From assembly GCA_964016885.1 (NCBI GenBank), contig OZ024741.1:81654001-81718000 (forward strand): a stretch of DNA of 64,000 nt. The letters run 5' to 3'. How positions within the stretch are numbered: the first letter of the stretch is position 1; the number at the start of each line of letters is the position of its first letter. The notes below the pieces were generated by a model, which saw only the letters and a program-made list of their open reading frames with translations, was not told the DNA's origin and made no database searches. Positions 50,603 to 64,000 of this stretch are shown here, one piece after another. A program made the translations under genes and the position numbers. The stretch comes from Eledone cirrhosa. Taxonomy: Eukaryota.

Positions 50603-53600
50603 CAACTACTACGCGGATGCCTCATCGTCAAATATAGGGGGAAGATACCACCACCATGATAGATGTAACAATTTCCCCGCTTCAAGGGGACAGCAAGGTA
50701 ATTTCCATTTTCTCAACTCTCGCTTCCACAATACACAACAAACCCACACCACACGATACAACCAACAACGCAGGCCACCTATAACACCACAATCCAACAT
50801 GGCACATAGAAACACACATCCATACTCGCAATACAGGAACACCCCATTCAATCTACAACCGCGAACCCGAACCACATTTTACAACAAGGAATATAACAAA
50901 CACAGGAGACCACTTAACATCAGCAAACAACCCCTCTACCCCAACCATTTTTTAGACACAGCACACAGATACAGGCAAACAAAATAACACAAGACAGGGA
51001 GGAGAAACCGAGAGTAATAAAAATTATCAATCTAACTAGTGCAGAACCAACACCCAACCTTATCAACTTACTCTCCAAAGGTCTTAAATTCACACCGACC
51101 CCACTACGTCATAACTACTATGAAATGAAGGCAGACATCACAGACTTCTGTAGAAAGTTACGACTCAGTGAAGAACTATTCGAGCAGTACAATGAGGATG
51201 AATCATTAGCCAGAAATAGAAGCAATTACACCCCATCAAAAGGTAGAAATACAATCCTGGACGAATTCTGTGAACACATCAAAGACTTACCTTACCAACA
51301 CTTGAACAGACAAAAACACAAGCCAAATCTCAACAAGAAAGAATTGGAAGAATTAAATAGATTAAAAACCGACAGAACCATTACAATTAAAGAGGCTGAT
51401 AAAGGGAGTACAGTAGTCCTAATGGAGACAGAATTCTATATCAACTTAGCGCTCTCCACTTTGGAAAACGAAACATACTACGAAAAGGCTGAACACTACA
51501 ATCAACAGAAAATTATGAGAAACCTAAAAACTCTGATCAACCAATACAAAGAAGGACTCACTAACAAGGAATTCAGCTTCATCACAGACTTCACAAGTAA
51601 ATCCAGCCTTTTCTACGGTATCCCTAAAGTACATAAAAGCGAATAAATAAGTAAGGCATGCAAGGAAGCCACAGCCATAGTCATCAATGTCCCCTCATCC
51701 AATCATCTCAAATTAAGACCTATAATAGCAGGCCCCGCTTTCGAAACCCACCGCCTTAGCAACATCATTGATACCCTTCTCAAGCCTTTTCTCAAACACA
51801 TCAAAAGCTATATAAGGGACGACCTAGGTAAGCTCAATCACCTCCCTAATATGCCCCTTTCTGAACAAACCCTACTAATGACGTTCGATGTAGTCAACCT
51901 ATACTCCAACATCCCCCACAACCTAGGAATAGAAGCTATCCAATTCTGGCTGGATAATTACCCCAATGAACTCCTACAACGCATCAAAAAAGAATTCGTG
52001 ATAGAGGGACTCAAATTTATCTTGGAGAACAATTACTTCGTTTTCAATAACAAACCCTACAGACAGAAATCTGGGACCGCTATGGGAACGAAAACAGCCC
52101 CCACTTATGCCAACCTAGTCATGGGATACCTGGAAATCACCCTCTACACTAAAGTACTAAACAAATTAAGAAACACTCTCCACTTACACATTACACATAG
52201 AAAGGAACTGGAAGCGATATCTAGATGACTGCTTCATCCTGTGGCACGAAAACATCGAGAAACTTAAAGAATTTCACACCCTTATAAATGGGCTCAACAC
52301 AAATATTAACTTCACGATGGAATACAGTCATCAACAAATCCCCTTCTTCGACATCCTCATTAAGATCCATAACAAAAAAATAGAAACAGACAGATACTAC
52401 AAGCCCACAGACTCCAAGCAATATCTTCCTTTCAACTCTTGCCACCCTAGACACGTTAAAATTAATATTCCCTACAACTTAGCCAAGAGAATCTGTACTA
52501 TAGTCTCCAATAAAAACACCTGCTACTTACGGCTACAAGAACTAAAGGACACACTCATAGGCAGGGACTACCCTGCATCACTAATTGACAATGGAATCCA
52601 ACGTGCCCTAAAACTCAGTACCCAGGACCTGAGACACCCTAAAGTAAATCAACCGAAACTAAAAGCTCTTCCATACATCTCAACACACAACCCCCTCAAC
52701 AATGAGGCCTTTGACACCATCCTCCAGAACATCCCTGTGTTGAAAAAGGACCATAGAATGAACCAAATCCTACGAACACATGATATCATAAAGAGCAAAA
52801 GACAATCTAAGTCAATGAAAAACATCCTAACACATGCCAAAGTACTGCCAACCACAACAACGAAATCCACAGTAAAAAAATGCGATAGACCCAACTGTGG
52901 CATATGCATCAACCTAATAGAGGATTCGGAATTCTATTTCAAAGAAGGACAACGTTTTATAGTAAAAAACAATTTCACATGTGCATCATAAAATCTAATA
53001 TATGTATTAACTTGCTCAGGTTGTCAACAACAATACATAGGCCAGACCAAAAACAGCCTCCGCCAACGCATGACTGTCCATAGATCCTAAATTAAAATAC
53101 GGGAATACAGTAAAATACCACTGAGTGAACACATTGATACCTGTGCCGCCCAAAATCATCCCAACTTCAGAATCTTTCCCCTCTACGAATTTAAAGATAA
53201 TGCCATCCAGACCCAGCGCATCGGCAAGGAATCTCACTTTATTAACAAATACGGACCCCGTCTAAACACGTCTCCCTAAGACGAACCCACAACATACACA
53301 CGTCAACATACATACCTACATCAGGATACATCTCTATCCACATATAAACACAATGACATACGTAAACACACATGTTCTATGGTGCACACAGATATACACA
53401 AATTTGCATACCTTTGATGTCTATAGATATAAACGTGCCGACACACACACATACATATATGCACACATGCATTGCACATTGATGGGCACATACATATTTG
53501 TACACAAGTATTCCAATACGGCAAGGCCTAATGGATTCCCCTTGCAGTACGTACAATCTGGACACTCACACACACACCTTGGTATTATGCCAATACTATA

Positions 53601-53963
53601 TATCATTTCACACCTTTTATTATTAAGGTTTTTGATGTTCTATTGAGAGAATCGTTTTTACTGAAAATATCGAATAATGTACAATATTTTTACTAGTATC
53701 ACAAAAATACTGGTCCACCCACACGCACACACACATTCTCTCACACACATACACACACACACGCACACACATATACACACACACACATATATACACACAC
53801 ACATACACACGCGTACATTAACATACAAAGAGACATATATACACACACACAAACTTCTCCGTATAAGACAAGAGCTGAAAAATATCTTTTAACATGTTAA
53901 AATATCCCCCACACACGTACAGACACATTCCTACTGACCATCCCTCTACCACGAATTACTCTG

Positions 53964-54015
<52 letters not shown>

Positions 54016-54124
54016 ACACACACACTTGTGTTAATAGGCATTTGAACTGTCAACAGGCTGCGGTTCGCACACACATCCCTGCTGACCATTATCACAACAA
54101 CGAACCTCTTTTCTACTACTACTA

Positions 54125-54168
<44 letters not shown>

Positions 54169-54560
54169 TTGTATTTAAAGACTTATTTTTCAGTGACTTC
54201 TCAATCAGTCGAGACAAACTTACTTTTGGCGCAAAATCAATTTTTAACATTCACATGACCTCTACCGACCAATCAAAATTGTTTTGACCACAAGAATTTT
54301 TTCATACATCTGGAGCCACCATTTTTTTTTACATAAAACAGGTAGAATTTCCAAAAGTAATCAGATTAGAGCAAACATCACGGGCGCTCTATCTCAAAAT
54401 TATTTTTGAAAAGCATTAGAAATGCGCAACCGGTAAAACTTAAAACCAAAACTGAATACTAACCAATACTATTACTAATTTTTACTTATTCCTAATTAAA
54501 CTATTTTTCACTGGGAACAATTTGTCAGCATTTTCTTTTCCTTTTACCAATATATATATG
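50600..54560 (+). mobile_element. Penelope-like element D (Neptune-like), near complete but with stops and frameshifts
   Basis: IINLT..[42 protein letters not shown]...AP.YANL.MG, RYLDDCF, C....C..C, NLIYVLTC..C...YIGQT. Stop near 53279, then a CA-rich 3'UTR and pLTR running to (TA)n. Confidence 0.9.
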
Positions 54561-54620
54561 TATATATATATATATATTAATTCAAAATATTAATAAAATA
54601 GATATTCTTGTGATCAAGTA

Positions 54621-54687
54621 TATTTTATTATACATATTTCAGAGGTACTGAGTTAACTCCAACAGTACGTCCTCATCAGAGAAAATA
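54621..54687 (-). ncRNA. Type I hammerhead, canonical core (related to the 18021 motif)
   Basis: Sense TATTTTCT-CTGATGA-GGACGTACTG..CAGTACCTCT-GAAA-TATGTA-TA^ATAAAATA, inside a TA-flanked module (about 54580-54805). Confidence 0.72.
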
Positions 54688-54799
54688 AGATGATGCATGA
54701 TATGCCCTGACATAGTAGATGGTTAAGATTCAGTCGGTTGAATGCTTCCAATCTATTGTAAAACTCATTCTTTGATTTATTCATTGAACCTTGTTTAAC

Positions 54800-54890
<91 letters not shown>

Positions 54891-55011
54891 TGTGTGTGTG
54901 TGTGCGTGCGTGCTTATGTCTTATTGTAAGTGTGATGGTATCAAACGTTAGAGAAATATTTTAGGAGGAAAGAAAAAAAAAGAGTTTTTAGGTATATTGT
55001 ATATATATTTG

Positions 55012-55081
<70 letters not shown>

Positions 55082-55427
55082 GCTGCTGCTACTACTACTA
55101 CTATTATCTCTCTCGTAATATATATAACGTTCCATTTTAGACCGAGTCTTCTTCTCAACAAGAAAGGTGAACAGACCTTCTTAACACTTAATTTTAAATT
55201 TAAAATTTTAAATTCTTTTTTAATTCTTCTTAATTGTGATAAGATGGATTACACCGATACATCGAAACGGTGGATATTTTATATATTATATATACATTAT
55301 AAAACTTATAAAAAAAAAATATTCCTCTCATTTTCTCAAAAATGTCACTTTGACAGACCAAGAAGAAAAAAAGAAAAACAGATTCTTTAAATATGTTTTC
55401 CGTGCTGTTTCCAGTTCTACACACACA

Positions 55428-55554
<127 letters not shown>

Positions 55555-55606
55555 CACACAGACATATACACATACATACATATATACATATATATATATA
55601 ATTTTT

Positions 55607-55658
<52 letters not shown>

Positions 55659-55692
55659 ATACATGAAACAAAGTTCTGTTTAAATCATTTAT

Positions 55693-55741
55693 CTGCTTAC
55701 AATTGTTTCTTCCAAACCGAGGTTTGCAGTCTTCGGAGCAA
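55693..55741 (-). ncRNA. Degenerate type I hammerhead (CCGAAGA core)
   Basis: Helix I TTGCT/AGCAG, CAAACC/GGTTTG in helix II, palindromic helix III GAAA-CAATTG-TA. The base of helix II is mismatched. Confidence 0.55.
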
Positions 55742-56196
55742 TTATTCAGTGATTTTTAACATACTTGACCTCCTTTTCAACACAAGAGACATATAGAAAC
55801 ATATGTATATATTGACCCACAGTGGGTTGACATCCATTATAATAATATAGCATGGTAATTTACATACAAAGATTACAGTCATATTAAAGGACAAAATTAA
55901 AATTAAAATAAAACATAGGCAGTCCACTAAGATAAAGCAAAAGGAAAGTTTGGAGTAGTCAGTGTATGCAATAGTCACACGTGTGCCATGCACGCGTGTC
56001 CTATTTATACAAGATTATAGTGCGGCAGATTGTTACAAGTAAAACAAGCAGTCAAAGCAGGCAAGAGCATCATGGGGGTGAACTGGTTAAGCATTATTTA
56101 CACACACCTGCACGATATAGAAGCCCGTGTGTGGAGAAACACCAAAAATATCAAAAATATTACGTATCCTTAATACTATATATATATATATATATA

Positions 56197-56515
<319 letters not shown>

Positions 56516-56544
56516 CACACACATATATATATATATATATATAC

Positions 56545-56629
<85 letters not shown>

Positions 56630-58004
56630 TATATATACACATATATATATATATACATATATATATAATATACACACAAATACACATATGCTTTCATATA
56701 TCAAGCATTGGCTTTTCGTACGAACAAAATTGTACTTAGGAACGAAAGCGCATACTCCGACATAAATAACAATACAAGATCGATATAAACATGAGCCCAA
56801 GACTAAAAAGCTAATATAAAACATTGAAGGAAGAATTTAAAGTTACTGAGGATTATCTTCCTCAATAAAAATACAATAATTGAAGAAAATGTTAAACAAA
56901 TAAACTTGGCTTTAGCACTAGCAAAGGGAGACCAAAATTATTGCCAATGCCAGTATTTTTAATTTGTATCTGTAAAAATATTTTCTTTCAAGAACTTCTC
57001 CTAAATTAAACATTCCATCTCTTCTTTCTCTTTCTCCACATCATGGTTGACAGTTTATCCCCCATAAATAAATAAATAAATAAATAAATAAATATATATA
57101 TAACTATCTAGTGTAACAGTAATTAGGTTTTGCTATGAGATAGCATGCTAGGTTTGAGGAGTATTCTTGTGTGTTGCTTTCTGACTATTTTGTTTTTGTG
57201 TGTCTTCTGCTTTTTCTCCTGCATCGCTGTCAAACTCAATTTATTTGGTTGATGAGAGAAGGAAGTGCAAATCAATGGTAAATTTGTATAGGAAGGCAAT
57301 TCTCTTGTCTCTTATGAACCTGACCACTTATATAACCAGCAGTGGCTTCATCAACACCAACAACGCTAAATCAATATTGGCAGCAACTAAACATGGAACC
57401 ATGAAATTCTAACTCCAGTATTCTATTGCTTGCTGCTCAATGAGTTCTATCTATTCATTTCATGTTCCCATTTATTTTGCCATGTTGGGATGGGGTTGGA
57501 AGGTTCGGTTTATGAATTTGGACATTTTTATATGTATTCTTGGAGAAGAATATTCTTAATTTCTTTTCTTTTTTTTTTCGTTTATATTTATATTTTATTC
57601 TATTTTTTTACTATGAGCTCTAGAATATCAAATTATTATTCAAATTGACAGGACGATAATTTGGTTCACCATAGTCTATGCAGTTATAAAACGTAATATC
57701 ATATATTAGAAGAATACTCTACCAGATATTAAGTTGTAAATTTCCATAGCTTAAGTAGTATTTCATAATCCACAAAACACGTAAAACTAAAATGGATTAA
57801 TTTAGAATATATTTCGAAATCCATGTTACAGAGCGCAGATTAATCTTGCAAAAAAAACAAATATGTAGTTAACAATAAATCTTCATATTTAATTGCTCAC
57901 AGCTTTGAATAAATGAATGAACGTCATTGAATCACTGATCCCCCCCCCCCCCAACATGCTTACATATCCAGCAATCATTAAACCATTCTTCCAACTTAGA
58001 GTAA

Positions 58005-58140
58005 CATATGGTTGTATGTGCATGCGGTTAAGAAATTTATTTCGCAACAACGTGGTCTCGGATTCAGTCGCACTGCGCGGCACCTTGGAATGAATGTCAT
58101 CTACTTTTGCCTAACGTTAGCCATTGCATAGGGAGTGATA
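58005..58140 (+). mobile_element. Degraded tRNA-derived SINE (family S2)
   Basis: GCGGTTAAG..TTCGCAAC.ACGTGGT..CGGATTCAGTC.CACTGCG.GGCACCTTGG head with a CORE-like start. Confidence 0.6.
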
Positions 58141-58309
58141 TTATATATACACACCTACACACACAGACACACACACACACACACATACGCACACACACAC
58201 AAACATATATAAATAAGTATATTATTGACGAAGTTGAGAATGAGTAATCAATACCAAAGTAGAGTTTAAATATTCATTTATTATGGCCAAGCGGTCGACC
58301 TTGTATCTT

Positions 58310-58376
<67 letters not shown>

Positions 58377-58380
<4 letters not shown>

Positions 58381-58979
58381 TGGCTGCCAATTCGTTTTCC
58401 AGTACGGCCACTACTTTATATCCATTTAGGAGAACCCTTACCGATGCACTGAACGAGTGTGACTCTTTAGTCCAGCCAGCAACTTGAAAACTCTCGTACA
58501 AACACTACACTTGTGACAATTATTGACACATAGTGCTGGGCCCATGGCACCATGTGACGACAAGGGCAGAGAGATCTCCAGATATAAAGCAATGCCTGTG
58601 CCGTGAAACTTTTATAGTGAGCAAAGGCACTGCACAAAGCCAGTCCCACTCTCTTAACCAAGATGATATTTACCAAAAAGAAGAACAAGTCAACATCATT
58701 GGATACCATCAGGGTTGCAGGTGTTATATCAGAGTTTTCCTTCTCCTAGAATTCTGCCTTGACAAAGGCTAAGGGATCATCTCTCCCGGTGATTTTGGAT
58801 GGCCATTGACTCTTAAGAGCTCCTTGGCCCTTTGACAGGTTTTGTTTTTAGTCCTGCAGGATGTCCAAAGTCACCCTCCAAGAAACCTTGGTGGGGTTGC
58901 CAGTTTAGTCGCCAACGACTCCACCATGAGACAGGTTGTACTGGGATACATGTTACCAGTAGCACCAACTGGTGACCTG
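58377..58979 (+). repeat. Dispersed repeat, possibly an RTE-type 5'UTR; 58377-58731 recurs inverted at 62235-62589
   Basis: About 355 bp, roughly 90% identical by eye between the copies. The continuation GAGTTTTCCTTCTCCTAG..TGCC....AAGGCTA resembles RTE leaders (recall, unverified). Confidence 0.6.
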
Positions 58980-59214
58980 ACTAGAAACAGATCCCATAGA
59001 ATTCAAAATGCTTTTGAGCAGCTTCCGCCAAGATATTCCGCATAAATCCCTACACTCGGATATGTCTCCGAAAACAATACCTCTCTACTTGAGTGGACCA
59101 TGGTGTACAAATCATGATTTGAAAGACTTCGCCAGGTGGTGCTATTAAGTTAGACATCACCTGGCCGAACCCAATCAAAGTTATCAAAGTTATGTATATA
59201 TATATATACATACA

Positions 59215-61110
59215 TACATAACTTTGATAACTTTGATTGGGTTCGGCCAGTACTGACCCAGGTGATGTCTAACTTAATAGCACCACCTGGCGAAGTCTTT
59301 CAAATCATGATTTGTACACCATGGTCCACTCAAGTAGAGAGGTATTGTTTTCGGAGACATATCCGAGTGTAGGGATTTATGCGGAATATCTTGGCGGAAG
59401 CTGCTCAAAAGCATTTTGAATTCTATGGGATCTGTTTCTAGTTTTATATGTTTTGATGTAATGTTAAATAGAGTTGCAATGAAATAATTGTACCTTAATG
59501 TTTTCTTTTTGTTGTGGGTGGATAGCACGGGGCCCAAGCCTTAGATGTATTCTAAAGATGATGCCAAAATCATTTGAGCAATGCTGATGGAATATTTTCC
59601 AAATGGGGAAGATAATGTAGCGCTTACGGAGGCATTGGAGAGAGCAGAGTTTGAGCTTTACTTGTCGAGTCAAATAGTCAAAGCCTGTCATGCCGTCTAT
59701 AATTTTTGTGATAGACCTTTGAGGTGCTTAAATTTTCATAATATTCTGCTTTGTATGGAGAGACCCCAGTAGACAACAGTATTTAAGCTGGGACCAGGCA
59801 AAAGTATGGAAGAGAAGAATTATGTTGGGATACCTCTCGACGGGAAAGGTTTGAGTATCCAGAAACACTTCCTAAGGGCCGTGTCAAATTTGTTGTTTAT
59901 ATAAGTATCCCAGCTTAGATTGTTATCAACAATTTCACCAATGTCTCTGGTGTTTTGCATGCCAATGGGGTTTCACCCGAGGAAAGAGAATATAATATTT
60001 TCAGTGCATCCTATTTCCAAAGTAGATCATTTTTCAAAGTAGATCATTTCAAATTTGTCCTCTTTCAGTGGCATATTGTTGTTTTCCACCCAATGGAAAA
60101 CAACAAGAGGATCCGATTGAAGGCATGTTGGGCTCTGTTTGTCAAGAAACACGCGATCCATTGTAGTAACTTTCCAGAGACACCAACGTTGGTTGTTTCT
60201 TTCAATAGGTTGTTGTGAGGAACCCTGTGAAAGACCTTGCTGAAATCAAGGTTCATGACATCATTGTTGGAGCCCTCTCCTAAAGATCTTACAATCTCCT
60301 CAATGTGATGCAGGAGTTGCGTTAAGTAGGAACCCATGTTATTTGGAGTTTAGCAGATTATTGTTTTTAAGGAATTAGTGACCTCATCCCCCTTTCAAAT
60401 ACCACAATAATATGAGAGGTGAGAGAGATCGGACGGTAATAAACTGCAGAGCATTTGTCTTCCTTTTTGAAAACTGGGACGGCAGTTTTCAGGTATATGT
60501 CCAACATCCAGTGAATTCCTCGATAGACTAGCTTGAGGAGATAGAAGTTGGTGTCGACAAATCTATATCGGGGCCTACTGCTGAATTATATTTAATTTCG
60601 TTTATTCCCGCTAAGATATGAGGGTCATCAAACGTTATGTCAGATATAGTGTGTTGGGGATTAACATCTCTGATACAGTTCAGATCAGCCATATCAGAAT
60701 TATTTTTTCTGCAGTATCTCAGCTATGGTTTTAGCATTGTCTTGGAGAGTGCCATTTTCATCAATCAGAGGGCCAACAGTGGAGATAGTGACCTGTTTGT
60801 TTTTTTTCGGAAATGAAAATAATACTTTGGGATTGAATTTCATTTTTTCAATTTTCCATTCCTCCTCAGCTGTTCTTTGATTATTGATGATGGTCATCAT
60901 GCATTTTTGAAGATAATATATTTTCGATTTGACCAGTGCAATAGCGATTGAATGTGTGTGTTGCTGTTGAAAGTATTTAATTTGTTGATTTTTTTTTGTT
61001 AGCTCGTTATTTTCTGATAATAGATGTTCTGTTCTGGGTGATTCTACTCTTAGTTTTGGTCAACGAAAAAAAAAGAAGAAACATTTGCCAAGATGTTTTG
61101 ATGTTGGTTT
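59215..61110 (-). mobile_element. Degraded CR1/L2-group LINE, with its 3' end duplicated in inverted form at 58980-59196
   Basis: Remnants LDFSKVFHRVPH..LL, GVSGKLLQWIACFLTNR.Q, TVGPLIDENG, and a C-terminal LFN......FK..L..F...IP pattern. Confidence 0.8.
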
Positions 61111-61289
61111 AGGTATGTGTGTGTGTAAAAGATCAGTGAACATGTGATAGATCGTTAGTGATTACATCCCAGATTGCATTATAAATATCTATGTTACATA
61201 CATGAGTGTGTGCGCTCGTATTTATGTAAGCATGCTATATTATTCTTTTACTTGTCACAGCCCACGGGGTGAGACCATGCTTCAATATT

Positions 61290-62145
61290 GGCATATATGT
61301 ATATATGTTCTTCTGGTTTTATAATTTCACAAATTTTTGCCAATAGAGAGAGAGCCGGTTTCTAACATAGTTTCAAGACTCTCTCATTGGAATTTACACA
61401 TCAACTAGATAGATATGTTTGCATGTCTGCATGCATGCATGTGTAGATATGGATGTTATTGTATGTGTGGATGTGTATGTTTTGAGTTATATGTGTGCAT
61501 GTGCATACGCTTTGTATCTGTACAGGTATTAGATGCAAAATGTTTGGAATGTTTTACATATTTTTACTGTTTCATTAATGGATTGTACTTGTAATTTCCT
61601 AACTAGTTGTGTTATTTCTGTTTCTGTGAAGCCCAGCTTCTCAAGATTTGTATTGAGGCAGTTACTAACATATCCCAGTGCCCCCATAATCACAGGTATA
61701 AATCTGAAGGTATAGTCAGGGTGGAGTATCTGCAGATTTCTCATTAGTTCTGCATACATATTATCCTTTTTGCTAATCTTTGATATTATATTGATATCTG
61801 CTGGGTAGCTAACTTCCACTACTGTGCATGCTTTCTTTTCCCTATCCCATATCATTATATCTGGCCTGTTATACCTGCATTTTATTGGGGTTTTGACTGG
61901 AACATTCCACCAGTACTCTTTCATATTATTTATATGTATGTCTTCCACATTTCTGTAGCTTTTAATGTGTTTTCTACGGATTGCATTGTACAGTGTTTTG
62001 ACCACTACATCATGCCTCATAGGTAGATAGTACCGCGATGGCATCTTTGGACAGCTGCTTATGAGATGGGTGACATCTTCGATGTTAATTCTGCAGAGTC
62101 TGCACGTGTTGTCACATCTAGGCGTTTTGCCTGCATCCCTGTTGA
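61290..62145 (-). mobile_element. 3' fragment of a (CATA)n-associated RLE LINE
   Basis: CRLCRINIEDVTHLISSC..M.SRYYLPMRHD, RPDIMIWD, FIPVIMGALG. Related to 45674-48045; 5' junction lies in (CATA)n. Confidence 0.88.
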
Positions 62146-62619
62146 TGTATGTATGTATGTATGTATGTATGTATGTATGTATGTATGTATGTATGTATGT
62201 ATGTATGTATGTATGTATGTATGTATGTATGTATGATATAACACCTGCAACCCTGATGGTATCCAATGATGTTGACTTGTTCTTCTTTTTGGTAAATATC
62301 ATCTTGGTTAAGAGAGTGGGACTGGCTTTGTGCAGTGCCTTTGCTCACTATAAAAGCTTCACGGCACAGGCATTGCTTTATATCTGGAGATCTCTCTGCA
62401 CTTGTCGTCACATGGTACCAAAGGCAAAGCACTATGTGTCAATAATTGTCACAAGTGTAGTGTTTGTACCAGAGTTTTCAAGTCGCTGGCTGGACTAAAA
62501 AGTCACACTCGTTCAGCGCATCGGTAGGGGTTCTCCTACATGAATATAAAGTAGTGGCCGTACTCGAAAACGCGTTGGCAGCCACCATGTATGTATGTAT
62601 GTATGTATGTATGTATGTG

Positions 62620-64000
62620 GCTTGTGTATGTCTTGGAATATAGCAGTTCATCACAACTGCTAAATTAGGGGACGTTGCAGTGCCCATGGCCTTCACAGAT
62701 TGATGCTGCTGTTTAAACTGTAGCAGGTCACTCCTCTGAAAAAGAAATGAGTAGGGGGGTTGTTTTAGAGCAGGGGTCGGCAAACATTTGGTGTGACCGT
62801 ACCACATTGCTATACAGTGTCTCATCGGCGGGCCACATAGTCATGGAGTGTCTCGTCGGTGGGCCATGATATAAAAATATAATAAATAGTATGATAATTG
62901 TTTTGGAGAAATAAATAATGAGAACATATATAAAAACCAATACAGTAATATGATAAAATGCTATGACATCTTTAATAAACTGTGACAAAATCACGATACC
63001 TGGCGGTGAATTTAGATCAGGGTTGCTATTTGTTTGTTGAAAAAAAAATGTATTTTAATAATACTGAAAACCTTTAACATAGAAAAATAAATAAACATTG
63101 ATTATTATCGAATACAGTCACTTACAGATGTTTTACTACCAGACAGCTAACTGAAACGAAAGATTTTGAGGATGAAATGAAATAACTGTATGCCAGACAC
63201 ACTGACTTGTGTTAGGTAAGTCTGGGTCATTCCACATCCCTTCCATAACATACTATCTATGCACATATATACACAAATACACACACCGCACACAGTCCCC
63301 CTTGACCACGATATCTGACTATTCTATCTGTCTGAGTTTGTTAGTTATTGTCTTGCAAATAATTACGTTCAGCTAAGTGAGTCTTGTGGCTAGACGTCTT
63401 CTGTAGTCGGTATTATAATCCAAAATAATTCAGAGCAATTTTTGGGGGATCACTTAACCTAAGTTTGAATCATGTTGGCGGGCCGGATGTGGCCCGCGGA
63501 CCAAAGTTTGCCGACCCCTGTTTAAGAGGTTTGAAATTGTGGGTGGGAAATAGTAGCTGTGGTGGAGTTTGAAGAGGTCAGTTCAGACACTATGGGTGAC
63601 GACAGAAATGGAGACGAGTGAGTCAGAAATGCTCGAGTGGAGTTAGCATGAGAACACTAAGTTTCAAAGAGCAGTGACTATTGCAGTAGAGGTAGAAGAG
63701 AGATAGAGCGGCAACATTACGTCTGTGTGTCAGAGACTGATGATTGTCAGAAACTGACTTCAAACCGATAAACGAAGTGGCACTTTTCTTAATGCAGTCT
63801 TGGGTACAAGTGGCATTTTTCTTAATGCAGTGTGTGTGCTGGATCCACGCGTGTTTCCACGATGAGTGGTTCAGTGGCTAGAAGAACAAAACGGCCTATT
63901 CGTGAAATTACTTTCCAAGTAGCGGAGTCTTCCACAGGCAGCTATAACCTTAACGTAGTTCTCGAAGAGATTCAGCCTGGTACAGTATGTGGCAAAGCTT
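62620..64000 (-). mobile_element. CR1-Zenon-like LINE remnant interrupted by a MITE
   Basis: Minus-strand SLTHRRNVAALSLFY.Y....CS..L motif near 63650-63735. The extent left of the MITE is uncertain. Confidence 0.55.
62771..63520. mobile_element. Non-autonomous hAT (Charlie-type) DNA transposon / MITE, 750 bp
   Basis: TIR CAGGGGTCGGCAAAC...GTTTGCCGACCCCTG; subterminal GCGGGCCGGATGTGGCCCGC; 8-bp TSD TTTTAGAG/TTTAAGAG (7 of 8 match). Confidence 0.9.

Noticed and set aside
51000-53280. Selenocysteine recoding in PLE ORFs, as reported for some Naiad PLEs
   Set aside because: The interrupting stops I checked in PLE D are TAA at non-Cys positions, consistent with decay.
49230-55420. Apparent long inverted repeats bracketing PLE D (49230-49385 with 54420-54555, and 49400-49810 with 55010-55420)
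   Set aside because: They are only about 80% alike and the order is not mirror-symmetric; better explained as separate pLTR family copies.
58377-62589. Inverted 355-bp copies as TIRs of a 4.2-kb DNA transposon
   Set aside because: No transposase or clear TSD; the interior is unrelated LINE debris.

Overview
Eukaryotic, AT-rich, repeat-saturated intronic or intergenic DNA. The two SINE families resemble repeats I associate with octopod genomes, but that is recall, not a database result. No confident host protein gene is present; there is one weak terminal-exon candidate near 37.4 kb. The window is a mosaic of retroelements sorted by the microsatellite they occupy. (AAT)n tracts hold R4/Dong-type RLE LINEs in one orientation, including one intact 1077-aa ORF. 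The same tracts hold a Tx1/L1-type LINE and a tRNA-derived SINE in the opposite orientation. (CATA/TATG)n tracts hold a second RLE family and an RTE. (TA)n tracts hold at least five Penelope-like (GIY-YIG) elements and short non-coding derivatives. There are also RTE and CR1-type remnants, a mariner remnant and a hAT MITE. The least annotated layer is RNA structure. About a dozen type I hammerhead motifs can be folded by eye in the TA-inserted modules, several with a compensatory U3-A8 core. There is also a retrozyme-like 585-bp unit, and a four-copy hairpin family that carries only the GAAA/helix III/GUC half of a hammerhead. A 3'-terminal motif is shared between the SINE and the Tx1 LINE. 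All boundaries and folds were derived by eye and are approximate.
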